Below, in pieces: positions 16,862-25,693 of a stretch of 37,596 nucleotides of DNA. The stretch is taken from positions 1-37,596 of the forward strand of contig PUKR01000172.1 of the NCBI GenBank assembly GCA_003552365.1. Direction: 5' to 3'. A program made the translations under genes and the position numbers. Within the stretch, counting starts at the first letter, position 1. Each line of letters opens with the position of its first letter. The stretch comes from Syntrophomonadaceae bacterium. Lineage in GTDB: Bacteria; Bacillota; Dethiobacteria; DTU022. The notes below the pieces were generated by a model that saw nothing but the letters and a program-made list of their open reading frames with translations, was not told the DNA's origin and did no database searches.

Positions 16862-17947
16862 TTACTGCAATTCGACAACGTCTGCAATCCCGCTCGAGAC
16901 CTCAATTTCCAGATCCGGGGTGACCAGGATCCCCTCCACTCCTGCTTTTTGCTCTATCAAATCCATCCCCTGTACCGGGCCAAGAATAAACAAAGTTGTA
17001 GAAAGCACATCGGCTTCCAAAACAGATTCAGCTAAAATAGTAATGCTGGCCAGATCTTCGGTCGGCATCCCGGTATCGGGATCAAGAATATGGTGGTAGC
17101 GAGTTTCGTTTTCTGTGAAGGAACGTTCATAGTCACCGGAAGTAGCTACCATCTGATCAGATACAGGAATAACTGCAATCATCTCCTGTTCCTGCCGGGG
17201 ATTGCGCACCCCGATTCGCCATGGTTCTCCATCAGGCCTGCTACCGATAACCCCAATATCCCCCCCGGCATTTACAAATGCATGCTCCACCTCTTTTTGT
17301 AGAAGCATTTCGATAGCCTGGTCAACAATGAAACCCTTGGCAATACCGCCCAGCTCAAGGGCCATACCTTCTTCGGACAAATAGATTGTTGACGCTTCAT
17401 GATCAAGTTCTATTTTTTCATAATCAACCAGGGGCAGCTTTTCTTCAAGCTGCCCGGCAGAAGGAACCCGGTAATCATGTTCCAAAAACCCCCATAAGTC
17501 AGTTATTGGAGCAATAGTGGGATCGAACGCGCCGTCACTGAGTTCGGCATACTCCAGGGCCTTCTCGGTCACATAAAAAACTTCTTTGCTTACTTCAACC
17601 GGTTTTTTCCCTGCCTGTTCATTTACCCTGTAAACGTCGCTGTCTTCAAGAGTCCGGCTAAAGAGAGCTTCCAGGCGCTCCATTTCATCAAAAACCTGGT
17701 CCTTAATTTGGGCGGCATATCTTTCACCGATGGTTTGAAAACGTAAATCCACCACCGTATCCATGGTAATTTGAGTATATTCATAGCTATCAAGGGCATA
17801 ATAAGCGTTGTAATAAAAATATCCGCCCAGGATAATTACTACAACCAGAGGAATAATATAAATAGGCTTGATATATTTCTTCCGGAGAGATTTATCTTGA
17901 TTATTGCCTTGCTCCGAGCTTTGCATATACATACCTAAAGGGCCCAC
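16862..17947 (-). CDS. apbE: FAD:protein FMN transferase ApbE with N-terminal membrane anchor
   Basis: ApbE motifs seen are MDTVV, GAFDPTIAP, GGIAKGF, NAGGDI and ATSGDYER. The start is uncertain among GTG 17947, ATG 17932 and ATG 17926. Confidence 0.9.
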   Translation of the reverse strand: MGPLGMYMQSSEQGNNQDKSLRKKYIKPIYIIPLVVVIILGGYFYYNAYYALDSYEYTQITMDTVVDLRFQTIGERYAAQIKDQVFDEMERLEALFSRTLEDSDVYRVNEQAGKKPVEVSKEVFYVTEKALEYAELSDGAFDPTIAPITDLWGFLEHDYRVPSAGQLEEKLPLVDYEKIELDHEASTIYLSEEGMALELGGIAKGFIVDQAIEMLLQKEVEHAFVNAGGDIGVIGSRPDGEPWRIGVRNPRQEQEMIAVIPVSDQMVATSGDYERSFTENETRYHHILDPDTGMPTEDLASITILAESVLEADVLSTTLFILGPVQGMDLIEQKAGVEGILVTPDLEIEVSSGIADVVELQ

Positions 17948-17971
17948 CTCAAATTTAAGCCATCCACATCC

Positions 17972-19960
17972 TTAGCGACCAAAATAAAAGATAACCAGCA
18001 TTACACCGCCAAGCAGTAAAGCCAGGATCAACTGGTCAAAATTCAGGTTTTTTGAAGTCCACTCAACCGGATTAAACCGGAGCCATTTTGCCAGACCGCT
18101 CCTTTCAACCTCAGCTTCTTCATCTTGTCCGGACCTGTCAGCCATTCGCCGCATCGCACTTCCGGTTTTCATGTAACCTTCATCTATACTTTCATCCAAA
18201 CTCCTGGAGCGATAAGCAATTTTTTTCGCTGCTTCACCGGTCTTAGCATAGCTTTGATCTATGCTTTCATCCAGGCTCTTGGTACGGTAAGCAATTCTTT
18301 TCGCCGCATCACCGGTTTTAGCATAGCTTTCATCTATGGTTTCGTCAAGAATTCGCGTCCGCTCGGCCAAACCGCGACCGATTTCAGCGGAACGTTCAAA
18401 AGCGGTATCAATGCCTTTATCCATGGCAGTAATATACTGGCAGAATTCATAAAGTTTCCGGCCCGATCTCATGTAGAAATTATCTACAGAAGAATCAATC
18501 GAGGTTCCATAATGACAAAACCGATTATAGACGCCCTGGCCAAGGGGTTTAAAAATTAAGTACTCCACGCTAACCCACGGAGGCAGGTGAATGCCTTTCT
18601 TCAGTAATGAAGATAAATTTAAGAAAAGCAGTAACCCGGCAATGCCAAGTTGAAGGGCTCCCCAGATCCCGCTGGTGGTATAAATATTATGAACCTCAGA
18701 AGCATAAGGGATTAAAGGCGATACCAGTTGAGGATAAACACCCAGGATAATACAGAAAGCAGCAGTCCCTACAATGGCTACCTGGCTGGCCAGCGAAGTT
18801 TTATTTTTAACTTCAGCCCGCCCCTTGATAAAACCAAAACCGATCAGCTTGCAAAATGAGGCAGCGGTCCCGATGCTGGCGATCATTAACATGATTTCTG
18901 CTGGTCCCAGATCATAAAAAGCATACTTTAAGAGGTACTTGCTGACATATCCGTTAAACAGCGGAATACCGGCAATAGCAAGGGCCCCAACCACTCCGCC
19001 AAATGTAACCAGCGGCATCGCCTGCCAGATACTTTGTTTTTTAGCTTCTTCTTCCTCGGAATCCTCGTGGATTAAATCGTGCAGGTCTTCAGTTCCGGTA
19101 GCATGCAAAACTGCTCCCACACTCATAAATAAAAGCGCTTTATACAACATGTGGTTAACCACATGCAAAAGCGCACCGTCTGTGGCAAGTTCGGTTGCCA
19201 AACCCACACCTGCGACCATGTAACCAACCTGGCTGATAATATGATAAGAAAGCAAGCGGCGCATATTGTGCTGCAGCATAGCCATGGTAACCCCGGCAAC
19301 AGCCATAGAAGCTCCCATGTACATAATCACTTCGTTGGGAGGCAAGATCCTGGCAATGGCAAATACCCCAATTTTTGTAGTTAATCCGGCCAAAATAACA
19401 CTGGAAGGGAAATTAGCGGAGGGGTACCCCCGGGCTACCCATATATGCAGGGGCAAGAAAGCAGCTTTAAAACCAAAGCCAACTATAAAGAAGGTTAACC
19501 CACCCTGCGGGGCCTGCAAAATAAAATTGCCTGCTTCCTGGTAGTGCAGAAGAATGCCAAGCAAAACTATCAGTCCACCTGCCAGGTGAAACGAAAGGAA
19601 ATATAACCCGGCATAGATAGCATCAGGGGTTTTTCGCAGCAAGATCAGCCCGGCTGTTGACAAAGTAAGCATTTCCCAGAAAATAAAAAGAGTAATAAAA
19701 TTATCGGAAAAAACAATACCTATAGCGCTGGCCAAAGCAGCAAGGGCCACCGCCTGTTCGCTTGGCTTTGAATGCTGCAACCCGTAAAGCAAGGACAATG
19801 AACCGACCAGGGTAAAACCAAGGACGGCAATTCTGCTGTAGGGGTGTTCATCAAAAGAAATTGGTGCTAAAACAGCATCCCCGACAACATAACTGCCCAG
19901 CTCAATTCCGGTCCAACCGTAATAAGCAAGGTAGATTAAAGTCCCAATTACCCCGATCAT
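17972..19960 (-). CDS. NuoL/MrpA-like antiporter-type membrane subunit (fourth of four) with long repeat-containing C-terminal arm and terminal TM anchor; probably starts upstream at a non-canonical codon (up to 20050)
   Basis: Conserved antiporter features are the TM5 Glu (FIFWEML), the TM7 Lys (GLTTKIGVFA), and HVVNHMLYKALLF. The motif WVARGYPSANFPSS replaces the usual WLPxAHxxAPxPxS. The C-terminal ~200 aa are hydrophilic repeats followed by KNLNFDQLILALLLGGVMLVIFYF. The 30 in-frame codons upstream encode a missing TM1 (IFVIAGIGIPLLLIPGVLF). Confidence 0.85.
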   Translation of the reverse strand: MIGVIGTLIYLAYYGWTGIELGSYVVGDAVLAPISFDEHPYSRIAVLGFTLVGSLSLLYGLQHSKPSEQAVALAALASAIGIVFSDNFITLFIFWEMLTLSTAGLILLRKTPDAIYAGLYFLSFHLAGGLIVLLGILLHYQEAGNFILQAPQGGLTFFIVGFGFKAAFLPLHIWVARGYPSANFPSSVILAGLTTKIGVFAIARILPPNEVIMYMGASMAVAGVTMAMLQHNMRRLLSYHIISQVGYMVAGVGLATELATDGALLHVVNHMLYKALLFMSVGAVLHATGTEDLHDLIHEDSEEEEAKKQSIWQAMPLVTFGGVVGALAIAGIPLFNGYVSKYLLKYAFYDLGPAEIMLMIASIGTAASFCKLIGFGFIKGRAEVKNKTSLASQVAIVGTAAFCIILGVYPQLVSPLIPYASEVHNIYTTSGIWGALQLGIAGLLLFLNLSSLLKKGIHLPPWVSVEYLIFKPLGQGVYNRFCHYGTSIDSSVDNFYMRSGRKLYEFCQYITAMDKGIDTAFERSAEIGRGLAERTRILDETIDESYAKTGDAAKRIAYRTKSLDESIDQSYAKTGEAAKKIAYRSRSLDESIDEGYMKTGSAMRRMADRSGQDEEAEVERSGLAKWLRFNPVEWTSKNLNFDQLILALLLGGVMLVIFYFGR
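18125..18349 (-). repeat. three in-frame tandem 75 bp repeats encoding 25 aa units (LDESIDxSYAKTGxAAKxIAYRxxS) within the arm of the fourth antiporter-like subunit
   Basis: The units span 18349-18275, 18274-18200 and 18199-18125. I translated them by hand as LDETIDESYAKTGDAAKRIAYRTKS, LDESIDQSYAKTGEAAKKIAYRSRS and LDESIDEGYMKTGSAMRRMADRSGQ. More degenerate copies extend upstream to about 18470. Confidence 0.9.
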
Positions 19961-20081
19961 AAATATATATCTTAAAACTTTCGGACCGAATAGAACTCCG
20001 GGTATTAATAATAAAGGTATTCCTATGCCTGCTATAACAAAAATATCGATTTGAGATCACTCCATTACACAGCTATTCTTT

Positions 20082-20107
20082 TACCTTTGTTGTATACCTT
20101 TGTTGTA
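20082..20107. repeat. perfect 13 bp tandem duplication (TACCTTTGTTGTA x2) in the intergenic gap between antiporter-like subunits 3 and 4
   Basis: Positions 20082-20094 and 20095-20107 are identical. On the minus strand the unit is TACAACAAAGGTA. Confidence 0.9.
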
Positions 20108-20130
20108 GATTAAAATCTTTTTAAAGTCAA
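20102..20130 (-). promoter_or_regulatory. possible internal promoter (TTGACT, 17 nt spacer, TACAAC) ahead of the fourth antiporter-like gene
   Basis: The minus strand reads TTGACT(20130-20125) ttaaaaagattttaatc TACAAC(20107-20102). The -10-like hexamer lies inside the duplicated 13-mer. Confidence 0.3.
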
Positions 20131-20181
20131 GCACCAGATAAAAGGGCCAATAGTTAAACATTTGCAAATCCAAACCAGTCA

Positions 20182-22221
20182 TCAATTGCCGTACGAAAAA
20201 ACTATAAATAATATCACTCCAAGAACAAAAGCCAGGAGCAGGTTGTCAAAATTAAGGTTTTTGATATTCCATTGATCCTGGTCCCACCAAAAAATACTGC
20301 TGCGAAACTGTTCCTTTAACCTGCGCTCCCGTTCCAGTCCTTTTCCTGTAAAGTAATAAGCCGACTGTCCGGCTTCATCCAGCGATGGTTCAGCTTCCTG
20401 CCCAGGATTATCCAGGTAAATCAAGGATTGCTCGTTGCTGCTGCTGCTATGTTCATAAAACTGCCCCAGGGCCATATCATTGATGCTGACCTCACGGAAA
20501 AAAAAAGACAGGACCGCTCGAGGCAGCGGTTCAAACACGAGTTTTTGAATGCTTAACCAGGCTGGCGGCTGCCATTCAAACCAGCCCCTGGAAACTGCCG
20601 GCAGGTAAATAAACAGGGCTAACAGGACAACAACCAGCACTGCCTCTAGGGGTTGCCAGGCGAAAAACTGGAAACCATGCAGGTATTCGATGCTTGAAGC
20701 GGCAAAATCATAGAGATGAGCTGCCGGCAATATAAAAACGTCAAGGAGCAAGTTTGGAGAAATGCCAATTCCTATCACCAAAAGAGCAAAAATAACAATC
20801 ACGAAATTAACCGATGGCGCAATCCGGTATTCCTGATCTAAATCTTCAGGGACAGGACCCAAAAAGACACCCTTAAAAAGCTTTAAAAAATAGCATATTG
20901 TTAATGCACTGGTAACTACGAAAAACCGCTCTGCCACAAAAATCCCGTAAACTTCGTGATGCTGGTATGCATATAAAAGAGCATCGTGCACCAAAGTTTT
21001 ACTGGCAAACCCGTTAAAACCGGGAATTCCTGCAATGCCAAGGGCAGCTATAGCAAAAGTAATTGCCACCAGGGGCATCTTCCGGGCCATCCCCCCGAGG
21101 CGGGATAAGTCCAGCTCGTGGGTATACATATATACTACACCAATCATAATAAAAAGCCCGGCTTTAAAAATAGCATGGTTGGCAATGTGGTAGAGCGAGC
21201 CGGAAAAACCCATTGCCCCGTCCGCTCCCATCAGCATGGCAACTCCTATCCCGGTTACAATATAACCCATTTGACTTATACTGCTGTAGGCTAATATCCG
21301 TTTAGTGTTACTTTGCAGCAAGGCCATAATCGCTCCGGCCAGCATGGTCACAATGCCAATCCACATTAAAATATTTCCACTGTTAAATACGTAAACCCAT
21401 TCCACTTCATTACCGGCTCCGGCGGGCTGAAATAGAATCAAGCTGACTCTTAAAACACCATAAGCACCGGCCTTTATCATAATCCCTGACAACAGGGCAC
21501 TGGCCGGAGAAGGGGCTACCGGGTGGGCCAGGGGAAGCCAGATGTGCAGCGGAACTATTCCGGCTTTAATACCAAAACCGATCATAAATAAAACAAAAAT
21601 AGCCGTGCGCTGGTTTCCCAATTCTTCCAACACCGGGACCATGTTAAGGTGACCGGCACTGCCAAAAAACAAGAGGATGGCAAACAGCAAAGAAAGACCG
21701 CCAATAATAGCCATGTAAAGATATAGCGATCCCGCTTTTAAAGCTTCCTGGTTTTGCTTGTGGATTACCAGGACAAAAGAGCTGAAAGTCATGATCTCGA
21801 AAAAAATAAACAAAGAAAACAGGTCGCCGGCAAAAATTACCCCCAGTATTGCACCGAGCGTAAAAATGAAAAAACTATAATAACGGCACAAATGGTGCTC
21901 GTGCTCCATGTAGGAAAAAGAAAAAATAGTTGCAAGGACCCAGATCAGGGTAATTAATAATGCAAATATCCAACCGAACAAATCAACCCTGAAATTTAAG
22001 TTGAACTGCATTAGCTCAATTAAATCGCAGCCTACTTCACCGACAAGCACCAGCGGTAAAAGCCAGATCACTCCGCCCAGTGAAAACAGCGCTGAGCATA
22101 ATACAGCAGCCTTGCGAGTGACCATCCGCTCAACAGGAACAAAATAAAGCACTATCCCGGTTAGCATAGGGACTAAAACCAGGTACAATGGTACAGAAGT
22201 ACTGTATGCTAAAGCTTCCAC
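20182..22221 (-). CDS. NuoL/MrpA-like antiporter-type membrane subunit (third of four) with C-terminal arm and terminal TM anchor
   Basis: The 679 aa protein shows FIFFEIMTF, WLPLAHPVAPSPASALLSGIMIKAGAYG and HIANHAIFKAGLF. The C-terminal ~130 aa are hydrophilic and end in KNLNFDNLLLAFVLGVILFIVFSY. The start is GTG, 8 nt after GGGGG. Confidence 0.85.
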   Translation of the reverse strand: MEALAYSTSVPLYLVLVPMLTGIVLYFVPVERMVTRKAAVLCSALFSLGGVIWLLPLVLVGEVGCDLIELMQFNLNFRVDLFGWIFALLITLIWVLATIFSFSYMEHEHHLCRYYSFFIFTLGAILGVIFAGDLFSLFIFFEIMTFSSFVLVIHKQNQEALKAGSLYLYMAIIGGLSLLFAILLFFGSAGHLNMVPVLEELGNQRTAIFVLFMIGFGIKAGIVPLHIWLPLAHPVAPSPASALLSGIMIKAGAYGVLRVSLILFQPAGAGNEVEWVYVFNSGNILMWIGIVTMLAGAIMALLQSNTKRILAYSSISQMGYIVTGIGVAMLMGADGAMGFSGSLYHIANHAIFKAGLFIMIGVVYMYTHELDLSRLGGMARKMPLVAITFAIAALGIAGIPGFNGFASKTLVHDALLYAYQHHEVYGIFVAERFFVVTSALTICYFLKLFKGVFLGPVPEDLDQEYRIAPSVNFVIVIFALLVIGIGISPNLLLDVFILPAAHLYDFAASSIEYLHGFQFFAWQPLEAVLVVVLLALFIYLPAVSRGWFEWQPPAWLSIQKLVFEPLPRAVLSFFFREVSINDMALGQFYEHSSSSNEQSLIYLDNPGQEAEPSLDEAGQSAYYFTGKGLERERRLKEQFRSSIFWWDQDQWNIKNLNFDNLLLAFVLGVILFIVFSYGN

Positions 22222-22242
22222 ACATTTTGCCCCCTTAAAAGG

Positions 22243-23784
22243 TTAAAAAATGCCACCTTCCAGGAAAAACCATGAAGTTATTTGCGACAACTCGAACTGC
22301 ACGTTTATCGGTGAAAGTCCAAACAGCAGTGTGCTTATCGCCAAAATAACCATTGGTGCCAGCATTCTCGGGGCCACATCCTGAACATTGAAATTTAAAG
22401 CATGTCCATGGCCGTGCGCATGAGCATTTGCGCCTTTATCTTCCCCAATAATTTCAAAAAAGGCGGGCACAATGATAGGCAGGTAATAAAGGGCATTTAA
22501 AAGACTGCTGATTAATAAAACTATAGCATATACAGTTATATTGGCATCAAGAGCCCCGAGGCCAAGCGTCCACTTGCTCAAAAATCCATTCAGGGGAGGA
22601 ATACCGATCATCGCGAGCGCCGCGACAGAAAAGCAGCCAAGCGTGTAGGGCATTTCCCTGCCCACTCCCCCCATATCAGAAATGAGCCTTTTACCGGTCT
22701 TCCAGATTATTGCCCCGGCAGCAAGGAAGAGGCAGCTTTTCATAATCGCATGGCAAAAAATATGGAACATAGCCCCGGTAATCGCATTTTCATTGAGGAT
22801 ACTCAAACCCAAAAGCACATAGCCCATTTGCCCCACGCTGGAATAAGCCAGGCGGCGCTTTATATCATTCTGGGTTAAAGCTACAGCAGAGCCCAGCATT
22901 ATGGTAATCACCGCTAAAACTCCCAGAACAATATCCCAGTTATTTGCCTGCATTACCTCGACCGAAAAGGCATGGAAAATAACCCTGAAAAGGCCGTATG
23001 CTCCGGTTTTCAGCATAACCCCGGACAAAAGGGCGCTGGCCGGTGATGGAGCAACAGGGTGAGCATCGGGAAGCCAGACATGGAGAGGAAACATCCCGGC
23101 CTTCATGCCAAAACCTATGATAAAGCAAATAAAAGCTAAAAATGAAAGGAAGGTAACTTCATCGATAATCGTCCCAACGCCCAGCGATACTGTTCCGCCA
23201 AGCTCGAAAGTAATAATTATCCCTAAGAATAAGGCTAAACCACCAATTATAGTCATAACCAGGTATTTATACCCTGCTTTGAGTGCCTGTTCAGTTTCTT
23301 CGTGGACAACCAAAATGTAAGAAATCAGGGACATCAGCTCAAAAAACACAAAGAGGGTAAAAAAGTCGCCGGCTAAAAATATTCCCAGGCAGCTGCCAAG
23401 GGTAAAAACAAGGACCGGGTAGTAACGGCTTCCTCCGTGCTCTTCCGCCATATAGTCAAGGGAATAGATTGTACAAAGCAACCAGATAAAGGAAGCAATT
23501 GCTGCCAGGTTAAAACTCAGGATATCCAGCCGCAATGATATTTCCAGGTCGGGGAGAATTTCAAACAGGGTTAACTGTATAATTTCCCCGTTCATAACCA
23601 CAGGGTAGAGTGAAATAGTTAATATAAATGTAACCGTACTCGTTCCCAGGGTCAGGGCATTTCTCAATTTATCCGATCGACCCCCGGCCGACATGATAAC
23701 CGGGGTCATTACTATTGGAAATAAAATTACAAATAGTATAACCGCGATTGCTGTTGCTTCATCCACCGAAGCCACCTCCATCAT
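22243..23784 (-). CDS. mnhD: MrpD/NuoM/N-like antiporter-type membrane subunit (second of four)
   Basis: The 513 aa protein shows FVFFELMSL, WLPDAHPVAPSPASALLSGVMLKTGAYG and HIFCHAIMKSCLF. An alternative GTG start at 23766 lies 6 nt after an internal GGAGGTG. Confidence 0.9.
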   Translation of the reverse strand: MMEVASVDEATAIAVILFVILFPIVMTPVIMSAGGRSDKLRNALTLGTSTVTFILTISLYPVVMNGEIIQLTLFEILPDLEISLRLDILSFNLAAIASFIWLLCTIYSLDYMAEEHGGSRYYPVLVFTLGSCLGIFLAGDFFTLFVFFELMSLISYILVVHEETEQALKAGYKYLVMTIIGGLALFLGIIITFELGGTVSLGVGTIIDEVTFLSFLAFICFIIGFGMKAGMFPLHVWLPDAHPVAPSPASALLSGVMLKTGAYGLFRVIFHAFSVEVMQANNWDIVLGVLAVITIMLGSAVALTQNDIKRRLAYSSVGQMGYVLLGLSILNENAITGAMFHIFCHAIMKSCLFLAAGAIIWKTGKRLISDMGGVGREMPYTLGCFSVAALAMIGIPPLNGFLSKWTLGLGALDANITVYAIVLLISSLLNALYYLPIIVPAFFEIIGEDKGANAHAHGHGHALNFNVQDVAPRMLAPMVILAISTLLFGLSPINVQFELSQITSWFFLEGGIF

Positions 23785-23845
23785 TCATTAATGTCCTTTT
23801 TATTATATATTGCAACTTTATATCAATCTAAATACATTGCTTAAA

Positions 23846-25348
23846 TTAAAATAAAAGAGCTATGGCATTTTCCAGCAAGGTTAATGTAGGGCCGGGGGCA
23901 ACTCCGAAAAAGATAACTGCGAGAACCCCAATTACCAGAGTAACCAACATTTGCCGCGGCACCGGTTTAGCTTCATGTTCGAAAGTTTCCTGGTGCATAA
24001 AAGCATTAACAATAATCGGCATATAATAAACTGCATTTAACAAACTGCTGGCCAGGATAATAACCACAAAAAAGGGTCTCCCAACTTCAAGAGCGCCGAG
24101 AGCCAGGTACCATTTACTGATTAAACCGCCGGTTCCCGGTATACCAATCATCGAAGCGGCCCCTACAGTAAAAGCAATCATAGTTAAAGGCAAAACCTGC
24201 CCGACCCCGGCAAGCTGCTTAATTTGACGGATACCGGTCGAATAAATAATCACTCCGGCTACCATAAATAACATAGATTTCATGAGAGCGTGTACGAGTA
24301 AATGGTAAAAACCGCCGGTCAAGGCAATTGTATCATCCAGCCCAATTCCTAGAAACACATAACCAATCTGGCCGATGCTGGAATATGCGAGCATCTTCTT
24401 CAAATCTACCTGCACCATGGCAAATATCGAGCCAAACATGATTCCGGCAGTAGACAACCAGAGCACAATTTCATTTAGCGGTATCGAGTCAAGTAACGGT
24501 CGCGGGAAAAGCTGGTAGAACATAATAAACAGCGCAAATGCATATATTTTAATTACCACACCGGAAAGCATTGCGCTCGATGGCGATGGCGCCGAAGCAT
24601 GGGCATCGGGGAGCCATACATGCAGTGGGAAAAGAGCGGCTTTCGTCCCAAAAGCAACAATGAACAGCGACGAGGCGGCGAACATGTTGTTCGGATACTG
24701 TTCCACGGCAGCCGGAAGGGCTTCATTTACCAGGTCATAATTAAATTGCCCGGTGACCATGTAAAGCATGGCCACTCCGAGCAAGAAACACCCTGTACCC
24801 ATGGCGCTTAAAATTAAGTACTTAAAACTGGCTTCCAGGCAAGCGCGATCTTCTTTGATCGAAATAATTGCACAGGCTGAAATAGCGCATATCTCCATGA
24901 GCACAAACAGGTTGAACAGGTCGTTGGTGAGGGCTATCCCGGCCATAGAGCCGACCAGGAGGGCGTAAAGGGAATAATACCAGCCCAGCATCTCTGTTTT
25001 CAGCTCATGTTCCAAATCTTTTAAAGCATAAACCATGATCCACAAGCTTACCGCAAGCACGACAAGGAGCATGTAGACCCTGAGGAAGTCTACCTTGAAT
25101 TCAACGCCAAATGGCGGCGGCCACCCCCCCATGTGGTAATAAAAAGTCCCTCCCTGGTGAACCTGGATCAATAAAACAATTCCCATCACCAGCGAAAGAG
25201 ATAAGGCAGTGATTAAAGCCGGAGCGCTTGTTTTCCTGGCCCAACGATACAAAATGGGTGATAAAAAGGCTATGCCTAATAGAATTGCTATGATTAATGC
25301 TGGAAAATGCTGTGCTAGACCCACTACTCCTGGCTCCTTATCAGGCAA
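23846..25348 (-). CDS. mnhD: MrpD/NuoM/N-like antiporter-type membrane subunit (first of four)
   Basis: The sequence shows FVLMEICAIS, WLPDAHASAPSPSSAMLSGVVIKIYAFA and HLLVHALMKSMLF. The track start is TTG 25348. GTG 25324 (TAGTG overlap with the mnhC stop, 9 nt after AAGGAG) is more likely. Confidence 0.9.
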   Translation of the reverse strand: MPDKEPGVVGLAQHFPALIIAILLGIAFLSPILYRWARKTSAPALITALSLSLVMGIVLLIQVHQGGTFYYHMGGWPPPFGVEFKVDFLRVYMLLVVLAVSLWIMVYALKDLEHELKTEMLGWYYSLYALLVGSMAGIALTNDLFNLFVLMEICAISACAIISIKEDRACLEASFKYLILSAMGTGCFLLGVAMLYMVTGQFNYDLVNEALPAAVEQYPNNMFAASSLFIVAFGTKAALFPLHVWLPDAHASAPSPSSAMLSGVVIKIYAFALFIMFYQLFPRPLLDSIPLNEIVLWLSTAGIMFGSIFAMVQVDLKKMLAYSSIGQIGYVFLGIGLDDTIALTGGFYHLLVHALMKSMLFMVAGVIIYSTGIRQIKQLAGVGQVLPLTMIAFTVGAASMIGIPGTGGLISKWYLALGALEVGRPFFVVIILASSLLNAVYYMPIIVNAFMHQETFEHEAKPVPRQMLVTLVIGVLAVIFFGVAPGPTLTLLENAIALLF

Positions 25349-25692
25349 ATTTCGTCGTAATCCACTGTGCCATAATAACGGTATATTTTAACGATTAAAC
25401 TAAGCGCATAAGCGGTAATACTGATGGCCACAACAATCCCGGTGAGCATAAGCGAACTCGGAAGGGGGTTTATATAAATGACTTCTTTCCCCTGCTGAAC
25501 AATCGGCGCTTGCCCTCCGTAGGTGTAACCGACGGCAACAAAGAGCAAAAATACCGAGGTATCCATTATATTCATGGCAATTACCTTCTTGATCAGGTTC
25601 GAATGGGTAAGCATGGTATGCATCCCGATAACAAAAAGGAGAATCGCCGCCATATAGTAATAGTTATGCAGCACCTTGATTAACATTTCCAT
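25324..25692 (-). CDS. mnhC: Mrp subunit C (NuoK-like)
   Basis: This 122 aa, three-TM protein reads KKVIAMNIMDTSVFLLFVAVGY...LTGIVVAISITAYALSL, typical of MnhC/MbhG. Confidence 0.9.
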   Translation of the reverse strand: MEMLIKVLHNYYYMAAILLFVIGMHTMLTHSNLIKKVIAMNIMDTSVFLLFVAVGYTYGGQAPIVQQGKEVIYINPLPSSLMLTGIVVAISITAYALSLIVKIYRYYGTVDYDEICLIRSQE

Positions 25693-25693
25693 A

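Noticed and set aside
18125-18470. The regularly spaced 75 bp repeats, considered as a possible CRISPR-like or satellite array.
   Set aside because: The units are contiguous with no spacers. They are in frame within a long ORF and conserved at the amino-acid level, so this is a coding tandem repeat and not a CRISPR array.
22940-23128. Same-strand small ORFs nested in other frames of larger genes (22940-23128, 15410-15592, 15658-15846, 13877-14071, 3206-3505, 3803-4036, 37108-37359).
   Set aside because: They lie entirely inside well-supported longer CDSs in alternative frames, without RBS or family signatures.
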